Origin: a virus
Length of the DNA stretch: 64,000 bases
Strand: one strand, 5' to 3'
IMG/VR virus record: IMGVR_UViG_3300023184_000101
Location: 4,706-68,705 of that record
A program made the translations under genes and the position numbers. Of the stretch, positions 9,703 to 19,666 are shown piece by piece (position 1 is the first letter of the stretch; each line of letters begins with the position of its first letter). Under the pieces are notes generated by a model. The model had not been told where the DNA came from and searched no databases. It worked only from the letters and a program-made list of their open reading frames with translations.

Positions 9703-11241
9703 TTATTCGATGTTTAACTTTAAAGCATCGATTGGAAACACATAATTACCATTAAATATCTTAGGTTTTTTGTTAAAAATTAAAACGTTTTTTCCTTTTT
9801 GGAATATCAATAAATCGGTACTATAATACTTAACCTTACCAGTACCAAGAAGTGTAATAGTTCCTTTTTCTTCGTCAACTATTTTAACTTTGAATGGTTT
9901 AACTTGTGCAGTTTCTGTCTTGCCTCCACTTGTCAATTTCAAATCAATTCCTGATAATGCATCTTCTTTACTACCAAGTTTACCAATTTGTTCTATCTTA
10001 ACATCTTTACCAAAATATCTTCTTAATATGGCTGCTGTTATTTCTTCTCTCTTATCCCCCATAGCGTTTTTCTCTTCAAGAGTCTTCATTATGTTAACAA
10101 ACGTTGAACTTTTAGTATCAAAAATTTTATATTTAAAATGGTCTAAAGCGTTAACAAATCTTTCAACTTCTTTAAGTTGTTCGTTAGGGTTTTTACCTTT
10201 AAATACAATTGGTTTTTTACCTTCTATTGTTTTAATAACTTGGTTGATGTCGCTAAGTAAAATACAGAACGTTGTGTAGTTTGTGTTTAATTTATTAATA
10301 ACAGACCTTCCTTCATTTTCTAAATTGAATATCCCCGGTAATTCACCCTTAGGTGGATTGGAAACATATAGGTCACTAAAGACCTCAATTAATATTCTTT
10401 CGATTCCGGCTCTATATCTTGATTCAATATCTTTGTGTGTGTTGAATAACTTTCTATAAAAATCAGTTTCTTCAGGTGAACATGCTTCTGATTTTGCTTC
10501 AGACATAAGTTTTTTTAATTCTGTAGACTCAGTTAATTTTGTCTTGGTCTTCATTTTGTACATCTTGGTTACAAAATCCCAGTTCACAACTTTCCAAAAG
10601 TTTGCAATATATTCGTCTCTTTTGTTTCTGTATTTTAAATAATATGCATGTTCCCATAAGTCTAATCCTAAAAGTGGAAACCCACCGTTCTCAATAACAT
10701 TCATTAATGGATTGTCTTGATTAGGTGTCGACATTATTTTCAAAGTATTTCTTGTTGTTAATACTAACCATACCCAACCTGAACCAAATCTGTCTTTAGC
10801 AACTGCTTCAAACTTTTTCTTAAAGGTAGGAAAACTTCCAAAGTCTTTTATAATTTTCTTGTAAAGGTCTCCTTCTAATTTCTTTGGAGTTGGGGTCAAC
10901 ATATTCCAAAACAGTGCGTGGTTAAATGCCCCACCTGCGTTGTTTCTAATTGATTTATCAAACCTACTTATCGTTTTGATAATTTGTTCTAACTCTACAT
11001 CCCCATATTCTTTCTTTGATAAAGCACTGTTTAACTTGTCTACATAACCTTTATAGTGTTTGTTGTAGTGAAAGTTCATTGTCTCTGCGTCAATGAATTG
11101 TTTGAGGGCGGAATAGGAATAGGGTAATTTTTCTATTCCAATTTTTTTCATTTCAGTTATTAACTGATTGGCTTGTTCTTCAACTTTTGATTCAATTATC
11201 TTATTTTCTGTAAGTTGAATTTTCTCTTCTATTTTGTTCAT
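9703..11241 (-). CDS. sod: Fe/Mn superoxide dismutase fused to a ~280 aa C-terminal domain (putative PD-(D/E)xK-like)
   Basis: SOD motifs LPYSYSAL, HYNKHY, NNAGGAFNH, FGSGWVWL, NQD and DLWEHAYY are present. The C-terminal extension contains EDALSGIDLK...TAQVKP. Confidence 0.9.
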   Translation of the reverse strand: MNKIEEKIQLTENKIIESKVEEQANQLITEMKKIGIEKLPYSYSALKQFIDAETMNFHYNKHYKGYVDKLNSALSKKEYGDVELEQIIKTISRFDKSIRNNAGGAFNHALFWNMLTPTPKKLEGDLYKKIIKDFGSFPTFKKKFEAVAKDRFGSGWVWLVLTTRNTLKIMSTPNQDNPLMNVIENGGFPLLGLDLWEHAYYLKYRNKRDEYIANFWKVVNWDFVTKMYKMKTKTKLTESTELKKLMSEAKSEACSPEETDFYRKLFNTHKDIESRYRAGIERILIEVFSDLYVSNPPKGELPGIFNLENEGRSVINKLNTNYTTFCILLSDINQVIKTIEGKKPIVFKGKNPNEQLKEVERFVNALDHFKYKIFDTKSSTFVNIMKTLEEKNAMGDKREEITAAILRRYFGKDVKIEQIGKLGSKEDALSGIDLKLTSGGKTETAQVKPFKVKIVDEEKGTITLLGTGKVKYYSTDLLIFQKGKNVLIFNKKPKIFNGNYVFPIDALKLNIE

Positions 11242-11280
11242 ATTATTGGACTATCTTATAATAAATAATCCGTTTTTCGT

Positions 11281-13032
11281 TTAACGACGCATTTCTTGAA
11301 TTCTCTTTAGAATTTCCTCCGCAGCATCTGTCGTGTTTTGATTGTCCCCCATAACTGTGGCAATCACTTGTTTTTTATTATTTAAGATGTCGTAGATAAT
11401 TCCTTCGATTGTGTTTTCGAATATGGGGTAGTAAACTAATACATTGTTCTTTTGACCGTATCTGTAGGCACGGTCTTCGGCTTGTGAGTGGTCTGATGGT
11501 AGAAATGATAGGTCATTCATAATAACAGCTTCAGCGGCGGTTAATGTTAAACCAACACCGGCTGCTTTGATGTTACCAACAAACACTTTTATTTTTTCAT
11601 TGTCTTGGAATTGGTCAACCGAGTTTTGTCTTTCGTGCTTTGGTGTTGAGCCATCGACTCTAACCGCCGCCTTTCCAAAGTGTTCACATATCTTAGATAG
11701 TGAGTCTGTGAAGTTACAGAATATAATAACTTTCTTTCCTTGCTCAACGATGTTTTCGGCCAACTCAATTGTTTGACTAATCTTCTCATCGGCAATTACT
11801 TGTCGTATCTTGGTTAACTTGGTGAACTGAACGGTAAGTGATTTTGATTCGTCGGGGTTCTTATCATACCAATCATAATATTCACCCATAATATCTTCAT
11901 ATGCTTTCGACTTTAATCTAAGGTATACTGGTGTGATAATCTTATCAGGTAAATCTAAAACATCTTCCTTTAATCGTCTTAAGGTAAGACCCGCAGTCCT
12001 ATCTCTTAACTCTTCAAGATTACTGGCACCTGTAACGTTCCATATCTTTCTACCACCAGCATTGAACTGATATCCACTACAATATCTGATGGCGTATGCC
12101 ATCCAGTTTTTGGCTACGGGTGAATCAACTAAACTTAATAAGTTAAAATAATCCATCGGTCTTGAAGTCATTGGTGTACCTGTTAACAACCAAAGTCTAT
12201 CAACTTTCTTTACAAGGTCGTTGATTAGTTTTGTTCTTTGTGCTTGACCGTTTTTAATATAGTGTGCTTCATCAACGACAACCAAATCAAAATCGGCTCC
12301 AAGAATTTGCGAATCAGATTTCTTTTTAACATTATGAAAATTTTTAATAATATCGTAATTTATAATAACAAAGTCGTGTTCTTTACTGAAGTTCTTTCCT
12401 TCAGAAATATAAACACTTCTGTCTGTGTAGTTTGCAATTTCTCTTTGCCAGTTTATCTTCAAACTCGCAGGACAAACAATCAAAACTTTTTTGGACCCAC
12501 TTTCAAGTGCCGCAATTATAGTTGATGTAGTCTTACCAAGACCCATATCATCAGCCAAGATATACTTCTTATTCTCAACAAGTTTTTGAATTGCCTCTTT
12601 TTGATGAGATAGTGGTGGTCTGTGAGAATATTTTTCATAACTAATAACAACGTCTTTTACTGTATTATCTTTAATGACCGCGGCTTTAGGTAACCAAAAG
12701 TCGTGGAGTTCTTCTCTCTCAAAAACTTTTCCCCAAATGTGAAACGCCTTTTCCTTTTCTGCCAACAACTTCTCCACCCAAACTTTTTCAGGTATTGTGG
12801 TGTATAATTTATCGTCAGCCAGTCTCTGAGCAAAATAAGCATCAAGTATCACCCACTTCTTGGCTACTTTAGGTGGCTTGTCGTGATTGTTTATAATATA
12901 TTCAGATTGACTCCTTGTAGGATAAAATCTCTTATTCAACCGTGACTTCCTTTTAAGCTCAAGAATGTAGTTGTTGGGACCTTCATAGTTATCCAATAAG
13001 GACATTGCTTTTGACTCTAAACTTAATTCCAT
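11281..13032 (-). CDS. SNF2/SWI2-family (HARP-like) helicase
   Basis: Motifs LADDMGLGKT, VVDEAH, LTGTP, GVGLTL and QAEDRAYRYGQ. Confidence 0.92.
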   Translation of the reverse strand: MELSLESKAMSLLDNYEGPNNYILELKRKSRLNKRFYPTRSQSEYIINNHDKPPKVAKKWVILDAYFAQRLADDKLYTTIPEKVWVEKLLAEKEKAFHIWGKVFEREELHDFWLPKAAVIKDNTVKDVVISYEKYSHRPPLSHQKEAIQKLVENKKYILADDMGLGKTTSTIIAALESGSKKVLIVCPASLKINWQREIANYTDRSVYISEGKNFSKEHDFVIINYDIIKNFHNVKKKSDSQILGADFDLVVVDEAHYIKNGQAQRTKLINDLVKKVDRLWLLTGTPMTSRPMDYFNLLSLVDSPVAKNWMAYAIRYCSGYQFNAGGRKIWNVTGASNLEELRDRTAGLTLRRLKEDVLDLPDKIITPVYLRLKSKAYEDIMGEYYDWYDKNPDESKSLTVQFTKLTKIRQVIADEKISQTIELAENIVEQGKKVIIFCNFTDSLSKICEHFGKAAVRVDGSTPKHERQNSVDQFQDNEKIKVFVGNIKAAGVGLTLTAAEAVIMNDLSFLPSDHSQAEDRAYRYGQKNNVLVYYPIFENTIEGIIYDILNNKKQVIATVMGDNQNTTDAAEEILKRIQEMRR

Positions 13033-13086
13033 TATTTCAGAATAATCTTTGAGTTAAATATAGTTATAATTAAAGTATTTATCAAT

Positions 13087-13599
13087 ATGGAAAAATTAGT
13101 CCCTATTACTCGTTTAGGTAAGTTCTTCGGTGGAGAGGATTATACGTTGGATATTGGTATGGGTGAGGAGTGGTTGTTAGGTGATATGAACTTTACAATA
13201 ATTCTTTATAGAATTGATAGATACAAAACTAAAACGGATGATGTTTATGGTGAGGTATTGGAAGATGGTATACAATTCTTGGCTCCTGTTGAGTTGAAAG
13301 GGTTGGTACAGATTATGGCGCCTTCCAATAAGAATTTGGGTAATTCTAAGGTTGCACAAAATGAGCCAGGTAATATGAAGTTTTCAATTTACCAAAAAAC
13401 ATTGGAAGACCTTCAGGTTAATGTTTTTGTGGGGGATTATATTGGATACTATGAGACTGAAGACAGGGTTAGATATTACACAGTAATTGATGACGGTCTT
13501 GTTAAGTCCGACAATAAACACACTTATGGTGGATACAAACCATTCTACAGAACGGTTACAGCAACATGGGTAAGTGAAAATGAATTTAGAGGAATATAA
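13087..13599 (+). CDS. Putative neck / head-closure protein (gp14-like)
   Basis: DDVYGE motif, position before the tail terminator and sheath, and appropriate size. Confidence 0.5.
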   Translation: MEKLVPITRLGKFFGGEDYTLDIGMGEEWLLGDMNFTIILYRIDRYKTKTDDVYGEVLEDGIQFLAPVELKGLVQIMAPSNKNLGNSKVAQNEPGNMKFSIYQKTLEDLQVNVFVGDYIGYYETEDRVRYYTVIDDGLVKSDNKHTYGGYKPFYRTVTATWVSENEFRGI

Positions 13600-14639
13600 T
13601 GGCGTTTCCAAAACAAGTTAAACCAACACTACCGTTAGTACCTAAGAAAACTTTACACGCTCGTAGAGAACAATTATTAGAGTACATCAACAAAGACGGA
13701 ACTTATTTACCTAAGTCGGTATTACATGCTGATTTGGATAGAGGTATGTTAGATTTTGTTAAAGAAGATTTAAAAGTTGTTACTGCCGGAAAAATTGTTC
13801 CGATGGTTGACATTATTATTACAACACAAAACTGGTCTCAATACGTTGAAACCGCTTTGTTTGTTGATTTGGATTACAATCCAACCCCACCATTTATCAC
13901 GGTTGTTAGAAGCCCTGAAGTAAAGTACGGGACAAACCCGTCACTTCAATATACAATTCCAAACAGAAAACAATTTTATTATGCATCTGTCCCAACATGG
14001 AATGGTAATGAACAAGGTATGGACATTTACACAATACCTCAACCAGTTCCTGTTGATATCAATTATAGTGTGAAAATTATTTGTAATAGAATGAGAGAGT
14101 TGAATCAACTTAACAAGATTGTAATGCAGAAGTTTTCATCAAGACAGGCTTACACATTTATTAAAGGCCAATACGTTCCAATCGTTATGAATAATGTTTC
14201 GGATGAATCTCAAATGACTTTGGAGTCGAGAAAATATTATATTCAAAGTTATGACTTCACAATGTTGGGTTATCTTATTGATGAGGAAGAGTTTGAAGTT
14301 AAGCCCGCAATTCAAAGGGTCACACAATTATTTGAACTTGATACAAGAGTGTTGAATAAAAAAAGAAAACAATTTCCTGAGAACCCTGATGAAATTGTGA
14401 ACAACTTTTTATTTGTTGTAGGGAACACAACTTTAGTTGATGTTATCGATTATACCGCTAATATGGTTTTAGTCGGGACGGAAAACATTGCGAGTTACGA
14501 TGTGTATATTAATAATGATTATTATGGTAGTGATGTTAATCTAATTCAAATCACAACTAATGATACTTTGAGAATTCAAGCATTCAAAAACGATTATAGT
14601 TATGAGGCCAAAATTATCTTCGATAGTAAGTTAGTTTAA
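13599..14639 (+). CDS. Putative tail terminator / sheath stabiliser (gp15-like)
   Basis: PPFITVVR and PQPVPVDINYSVKI...MRELNQL patterns, with synteny before the sheath. Confidence 0.55.
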   Translation: MAFPKQVKPTLPLVPKKTLHARREQLLEYINKDGTYLPKSVLHADLDRGMLDFVKEDLKVVTAGKIVPMVDIIITTQNWSQYVETALFVDLDYNPTPPFITVVRSPEVKYGTNPSLQYTIPNRKQFYYASVPTWNGNEQGMDIYTIPQPVPVDINYSVKIICNRMRELNQLNKIVMQKFSSRQAYTFIKGQYVPIVMNNVSDESQMTLESRKYYIQSYDFTMLGYLIDEEEFEVKPAIQRVTQLFELDTRVLNKKRKQFPENPDEIVNNFLFVVGNTTLVDVIDYTANMVLVGTENIASYDVYINNDYYGSDVNLIQITTNDTLRIQAFKNDYSYEAKIIFDSKLV

Positions 14640-14797
14640 CCCTCACCATAGATATCTTTCTTTTCCTTACACTTTTCCATAATTAAATTTTCAACAAATT
14701 TGTAAATCTTAATTCCACGTTTATCACAGTATTTTTTTAATACCTCGTGTGATTCAGGTGATATCTTTAAGTTCTTTATTTCTTTCTTTGTTTTCAT
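14636..14797 (-). CDS. Small ribbon-helix-helix-like DNA-binding protein (53 aa, missing from the ORF track)
   Basis: Translated by hand: MKTKKEIKNLKISPESHEVLKKYCDKRGIKIYKFVENLIMEKCKEKKDIYGEG*. The strand-helix-helix pattern fits RHH, and it fills the intergenic gap. Confidence 0.65.
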   Translation of the reverse strand: MKTKKEIKNLKISPESHEVLKKYCDKRGIKIYKFVENLIMEKCKEKKDIYGEG

Positions 14798-14917
14798 AGG
14801 TAGAAAAAAGGCAGAATAAAATCATACCGTTTACAAATACATATCTAAAAGTCAAGTTTTTTGTGTTAGTAATGAATATTTATCATTAAAATAAATCTGC
14901 AATAGAATTAATTAATA

Positions 14918-17900
14918 ATGGCAACAGCACAAGCAAACAAAAAGGTGTACGTTTCACCTGGTGTATACACTTCTGAAACGGACTTATCGTTCGTAGCCCA
15001 AAGCGTGGGTGTTACGACTTTAGGGGTAGTTGGGGAAACATTGAAAGGTCCCGCTTTCGAACCGATTTTTATAACTAACTATGATGAGTTCCAAGCCTAT
15101 TTCGGTGGTACAGAACCAGTGAAATTCGTGAACACACAAATCCCCAAGTATGAAGCTGCGTATATCGCAAAATCTTACTTACAACAATCAAACCAATTAT
15201 TCGTAACAAGAGTATTAGGTTTATCAGGATATGACGCGGGTCCATCTTGGAGTATTACTGTAACTGCGAATGTTGACCCTTTAACTATTGGACTTACGTC
15301 TTCAGTTGGTGTTCCATTTACCGCATCATTTACAGGTAGTAATTCTGCAAATACTGTAACAGTTAATACTTCGGCGTTACCTGTTTCAATTCAACAAGAT
15401 TATACAACACAATATAGATTAAGTGATGGAAGTACATCAACTTATCAGGCAGACTTTAACACATATCTTAGTGGTATTTGGGATACTTCAGGTTCTTCGG
15501 GTAACACTTCTGTGATTTATGGTTCAATACCTAACGGTGATTGGTATTCGTTGGCAACAACATATCAAAATATTAATAACGTTTTTGGTGTACCAGGAAA
15601 TTGTAATATTGAATATAACGATTTAAGTTCGGGTTCTAACGACCCTTGGTATTATGCAACGTTCACAGGTTATACTGGAGATAATTATTCAGGATATTCT
15701 TTTGATTATATCGTTAATTCACTATCTTCAGGTGCTACAAGTGATGCGTTTGTTGGAACAATATCTGGTACAATTTATACTTTCTCAGGATTTGCTTATA
15801 CTGAATACAACAACATGGTTGTTGCAACATTACGTTCAAGAGGTATTTCTGAATATACAAACAACGTTTCTTCACCAAATCACGGTCCTATCTATCAAGT
15901 TACTGGTATAACAGATGTAAGTTTGGTAACTGATGGAGCGTATTCAGGTGTAAGTAAAAATCCTTATGGAACATTCATAGTTTCTGGTATTACTAAAGCT
16001 GACTTTAATACAGGACAAAGAACAACTTTCCAACTTGAAACTTCATTAGCTGCTTCATCTTCAAAATACTTAACTAAAGTTTTTGGAGTTGATAATTTTG
16101 GAAAAGATAGATTTTCTGTACCTTTGTTTGTTGAGGAGTCTTATCAAGCATCATTAAATATTGCTTATCAAAAAGGTTACATTAGAGGATTAAATTCTAC
16201 TTTAATTGAACTTGAAGATGCTAGAAGTGAAAATAACACATCTATTGCATATAGTTTAGAGAAATACCAATCTCCTGAAACACCTTTCTTGGTTTCTGAA
16301 TTAAGAGGTAATAAAGTTTACAACTTATTCAAATTCATTTCAATCTCCGATGGAGATGCTGCAAATATGGAGGTTAAAGTTTCAATTGCAAATCTTTCTT
16401 TTAATAATATGTCTTTTGACGTATTAGTTAGAAATTTCTATGATACTGATGCTAATCCAGTGGTTATCGAAAAATTCACTAACTGTAATATGGACCCAGC
16501 TTCTAACAACTTTATTGGTGTTAAGATTGGTACATCTAACGGTGAATACGCATTACTTTCAAAATATGTTATGGTTGAATTATCACCAACGGCTCCTATA
16601 GATGCAATACCTTGTGGATTCCGTGGGTACACTCAAAGAGAATATGAAAATCTTTCTTCATATCCTTCACCATATATTCAATACAAAACAAAATATTTCT
16701 ACCCAGGTGAAACTATTACAAACCCTCCATTTGGTGGGGCAGCAAATACAACAGAATCTGCGGGGGATATTGTTAGAAGAGCTTATTTAGGTTTCTCAAC
16801 TCAATACGGCGTTGATGAATCATTTTTAACTTATAAAGGAAAACAAAATCCATCTAATTGGATTTCAAGTCCTACACAAGAAGCGGCTCCTTGGAATGTA
16901 CAAAGTAAAGGATTCCATATGGACTCAGGTGCTACGGTTGTTACAATTTCAAACACTTATCAAACAAGTGGTGAAACAGCGTTTGAGTGTGGAACTGCTG
17001 ACTTTAGATTTGACCCAGAATCTCAAGAAAACCCTTACTACTTCATTTACGCTAGAAAATATACAGTATGTTTTGCTGGTGGTTTTGATGGTTGGGATAT
17101 CTATAGAGAGTGGAGAACTAACGAAGACAGATTCCAATTAGGTGCGTCAGGTTTCTTAGCAGGAGCTTATCCTTCTTCAAGATATCCAAACGCTACAGGT
17201 GAAGGTTTATTCAAGAGAATTGTTGTACAAAACAATACTCAAGACTTTGGTAACACTGACTACTACGCTTACTTACTTGGTATCCTTACATTCGCAAATC
17301 CTGAATCTACAAATATTAATGTATTTGCAACTGCAAGTATCGATTATATTAACAACTCAAACCTTTGTGAAGACGCTATTAACATGGTTCAATATTCAAG
17401 AGCTGACTCGGTTTACATCGTAACAACTCCTGACTATAAAATGTATACACCAGACGGAACAAGTCAGTATGACGTTATCTACTCTCAAGAAGCTGTTGAT
17501 AACTTAGACAATACAGGAATTGATTCCAACTACACAGCAACTTACTATCCTTGGATTTTAACAAGAGATACAGTTAACAATACACAAATTTACTTACCAG
17601 CAACTGGTGAGGTTTGTAGAAACTTAGCTCTAACAGATAACATTGCATTCCCTTGGTTCGCATCAGCGGGTTACACAAGAGGTCTTGTAAATTCAATCAA
17701 AGCTAGACAAAAACTAACTCAAGAAGATAGAGATACATTGTATCAAGGTAGAATTAACCCTATCGCAACTTTCTCTGATGTTGGAACAGTGATTTGGGGT
17801 AACAAAACTTTACAAGTTGCTGACACAGCTCTTAACAGATTAAACGTTAGAAGATTGTTGTTACAAGCTCGTAAGTTGATTTCAGCGGTAGCGGTAAGAT

Positions 17901-18145
17901 TATTGTTCGAACAAAACGACCAAATCGTTAGACAACAATTCTTAGACAGTGTTAACCCAATTTTAGATTCTATCAGAAGAGACAGAGGTTTATACGATTT
18001 CCGTGTAACAGTTTCATCTTCTCCTGAAGACTTAGACAGAAATACACTTACAGGTAAGATTTACTTAAAACCTACGAAGGCTTTAGAATTCATTGACATC
18101 GAATTCTTCATCACTCCAACAGGAGCTTCGTTTGAAAATATCTAA
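14918..18145 (+). CDS. Contractile tail sheath protein
   Basis: N-terminal SPGVYTSETD and GETLKGP. C-terminal WFASAGYTRG, RINPI, WGNKTLQ, LNVRRLL and IYLKPTKALEFIDIEF. Confidence 0.95.
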   Translation: MATAQANKKVYVSPGVYTSETDLSFVAQSVGVTTLGVVGETLKGPAFEPIFITNYDEFQAYFGGTEPVKFVNTQIPKYEAAYIAKSYLQQSNQLFVTRVLGLSGYDAGPSWSITVTANVDPLTIGLTSSVGVPFTASFTGSNSANTVTVNTSALPVSIQQDYTTQYRLSDGSTSTYQADFNTYLSGIWDTSGSSGNTSVIYGSIPNGDWYSLATTYQNINNVFGVPGNCNIEYNDLSSGSNDPWYYATFTGYTGDNYSGYSFDYIVNSLSSGATSDAFVGTISGTIYTFSGFAYTEYNNMVVATLRSRGISEYTNNVSSPNHGPIYQVTGITDVSLVTDGAYSGVSKNPYGTFIVSGITKADFNTGQRTTFQLETSLAASSSKYLTKVFGVDNFGKDRFSVPLFVEESYQASLNIAYQKGYIRGLNSTLIELEDARSENNTSIAYSLEKYQSPETPFLVSELRGNKVYNLFKFISISDGDAANMEVKVSIANLSFNNMSFDVLVRNFYDTDANPVVIEKFTNCNMDPASNNFIGVKIGTSNGEYALLSKYVMVELSPTAPIDAIPCGFRGYTQREYENLSSYPSPYIQYKTKYFYPGETITNPPFGGAANTTESAGDIVRRAYLGFSTQYGVDESFLTYKGKQNPSNWISSPTQEAAPWNVQSKGFHMDSGATVVTISNTYQTSGETAFECGTADFRFDPESQENPYYFIYARKYTVCFAGGFDGWDIYREWRTNEDRFQLGASGFLAGAYPSSRYPNATGEGLFKRIVVQNNTQDFGNTDYYAYLLGILTFANPESTNINVFATASIDYINNSNLCEDAINMVQYSRADSVYIVTTPDYKMYTPDGTSQYDVIYSQEAVDNLDNTGIDSNYTATYYPWILTRDTVNNTQIYLPATGEVCRNLALTDNIAFPWFASAGYTRGLVNSIKARQKLTQEDRDTLYQGRINPIATFSDVGTVIWGNKTLQVADTALNRLNVRRLLLQARKLISAVAVRLLFEQNDQIVRQQFLDSVNPILDSIRRDRGLYDFRVTVSSSPEDLDRNTLTGKIYLKPTKALEFIDIEFFITPTGASFENI

Positions 18146-18154
18146 TAAAAAAAT

Positions 18155-18177
18155 GGGGGAGTTTATCTCCCCCTTTT
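18155..18177 (+). terminator. Intrinsic terminator after sheath gene
   Basis: GGGGGAG-TTTAT-CTCCCCC followed by TTTT. Confidence 0.75.
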
Positions 18178-18184
18178 AGCCAAT

Positions 18185-19012
18185 ATGAGAAGAATAGTAG
18201 AGGGATTTAAATCAGAGCATACACCAGATATGAAATATTATGCATTCGATTGGGATGATAATATTGTTCATATGCCGACTAAGATAGTTTTAAAAACTGA
18301 AGACGGTGATGAGATTGGGATGAGTACTGATGATTTTGCAGAATATAGACACAACATTGGAAAAAAACCATTTAATTATAAGGGTGAAACTGTTGTTGGT
18401 TTTGCTGATGATGCATTTAGAAACTTTAGAACCGATGGTGATAAAGATTTTTTAATCGATGCAATGACCGCTAAAAAAGGTCCCGCGTTTAATGACTTTA
18501 AAGAGGCTATTAATAACGGTTCAGTTTTTTCTATAATCACTGCGAGAGGTCACAACCCAAATACATTAAAAGAGGCGGTTTATAATTATATCATCAACGG
18601 GTTCGGTGGTATCGATAAAGACCAATTAGTTAAGAATCTTAAAAAATATAGGACGTTTTCTGATGAGGAAGATATGTCTGATGATGATTTAATTAGGTCA
18701 TATTTAGAACTTAACAAATATCACCCCGTTTCTTTTGGTAATGACAATAGTGCCGCAAGTCCTGAAGAATTAAAGGTTATGGCTATGGATGAGTTTGTGG
18801 ACTATGTTAAAGGATTAGCGGCATCACTTAATAAGAAAGCGTTTCTTAAAAAAGATATAGGTAATAAATTTGTACCAGAGCAACCTAAAATAGGTTTTTC
18901 AGATGATGATTTAAAGAATGTAGAAAAGATAAGTAAACATTTTAAAGATAAACCAGATAATATAGTAAAAACTTATTCTACTGCTGGAGGAATTAAGAAA
19001 GAATATAAATAA
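18185..19012 (+). CDS. HAD-superfamily-like protein
   Basis: Motif I-like YAFDWDDNI, motif II-like IITARG and motif IV-like IGFSDDD. Confidence 0.65.
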   Translation: MRRIVEGFKSEHTPDMKYYAFDWDDNIVHMPTKIVLKTEDGDEIGMSTDDFAEYRHNIGKKPFNYKGETVVGFADDAFRNFRTDGDKDFLIDAMTAKKGPAFNDFKEAINNGSVFSIITARGHNPNTLKEAVYNYIINGFGGIDKDQLVKNLKKYRTFSDEEDMSDDDLIRSYLELNKYHPVSFGNDNSAASPEELKVMAMDEFVDYVKGLAASLNKKAFLKKDIGNKFVPEQPKIGFSDDDLKNVEKISKHFKDKPDNIVKTYSTAGGIKKEYK

Positions 19013-19106
19013 TGAATATTAATTTTTAACCACAAAGTAAATAGAAATATTTTTGATAAGACTATATTTATAAGATATAAAATAAAAAAAACAAAATTAT
19101 AATAAC

Positions 19107-19595
19107 ATGGCTGATTTACTAATGAAAATGCCGATTCCTTACGAACCGAAACGTCAAAACCGATTCATCTTGAGGTTTCCTTCAAGCTTAGGAATAAATG
19201 AGTGGTTCGTAGAAAGTACGAAAAGACCATCCATTAAAATTGCTCCAACAGAGATACAATTTTTAAATACATCAACATACGTTGCAGGTAGATTCAACTG
19301 GGATGAAATGACTGTTAAGTTTAGAGACCCAATTGGTCCTTCAGCTTCTCAAGCTCTTATGGAGTGGGTTCGTTTACATGCAGAATCGGTAACAGGTCGT
19401 ATGGGATACGCCGCAGGTTATAAGAAAGACATTGACTTGGAGATGTTAGACCCAACAGGAGTTGTTGTTGAAAAATGGATTCTCTATGGAACCTTCTTAA
19501 CAAGTGTGGACTTCGGTTCTTTAGGGTATTCAACAGACGCATTGGCTGATATTACAGCAAGTCTTCGTCCTGACCGTTGTGTGTTAGTGTACTAA
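19107..19595 (+). CDS. Tail tube protein (gp19-like)
   Basis: EPKRQNRF, YVAGRFNW and GYKKDIDLEMLDP.G.VVEKW patterns, 162 aa, downstream of the sheath. Confidence 0.9.
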   Translation: MADLLMKMPIPYEPKRQNRFILRFPSSLGINEWFVESTKRPSIKIAPTEIQFLNTSTYVAGRFNWDEMTVKFRDPIGPSASQALMEWVRLHAESVTGRMGYAAGYKKDIDLEMLDPTGVVVEKWILYGTFLTSVDFGSLGYSTDALADITASLRPDRCVLVY

Positions 19596-19628
19596 TACTA
19601 TTTATAAAAAATCAATACATACTATATT

Positions 19629-19664
19629 TAACCGTAAAGACATAAACTTTACGGTTATTTTTTT
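19629..19664 (+). terminator. Hairpin / intrinsic terminator after tube gene
   Basis: TAACCGTAAAG-N7-CTTTACGGTTA followed by a T-run. Confidence 0.65.
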
Positions 19665-19666
19665 AT

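Noticed and set aside
1-13032. Eukaryotic giant virus origin, suggested by GT60, PolB and SNF2
   Set aside because: Contractile tail, baseplate, gp32-like SSB and DnaB genes plus coupled operons indicate a tailed bacteriophage.
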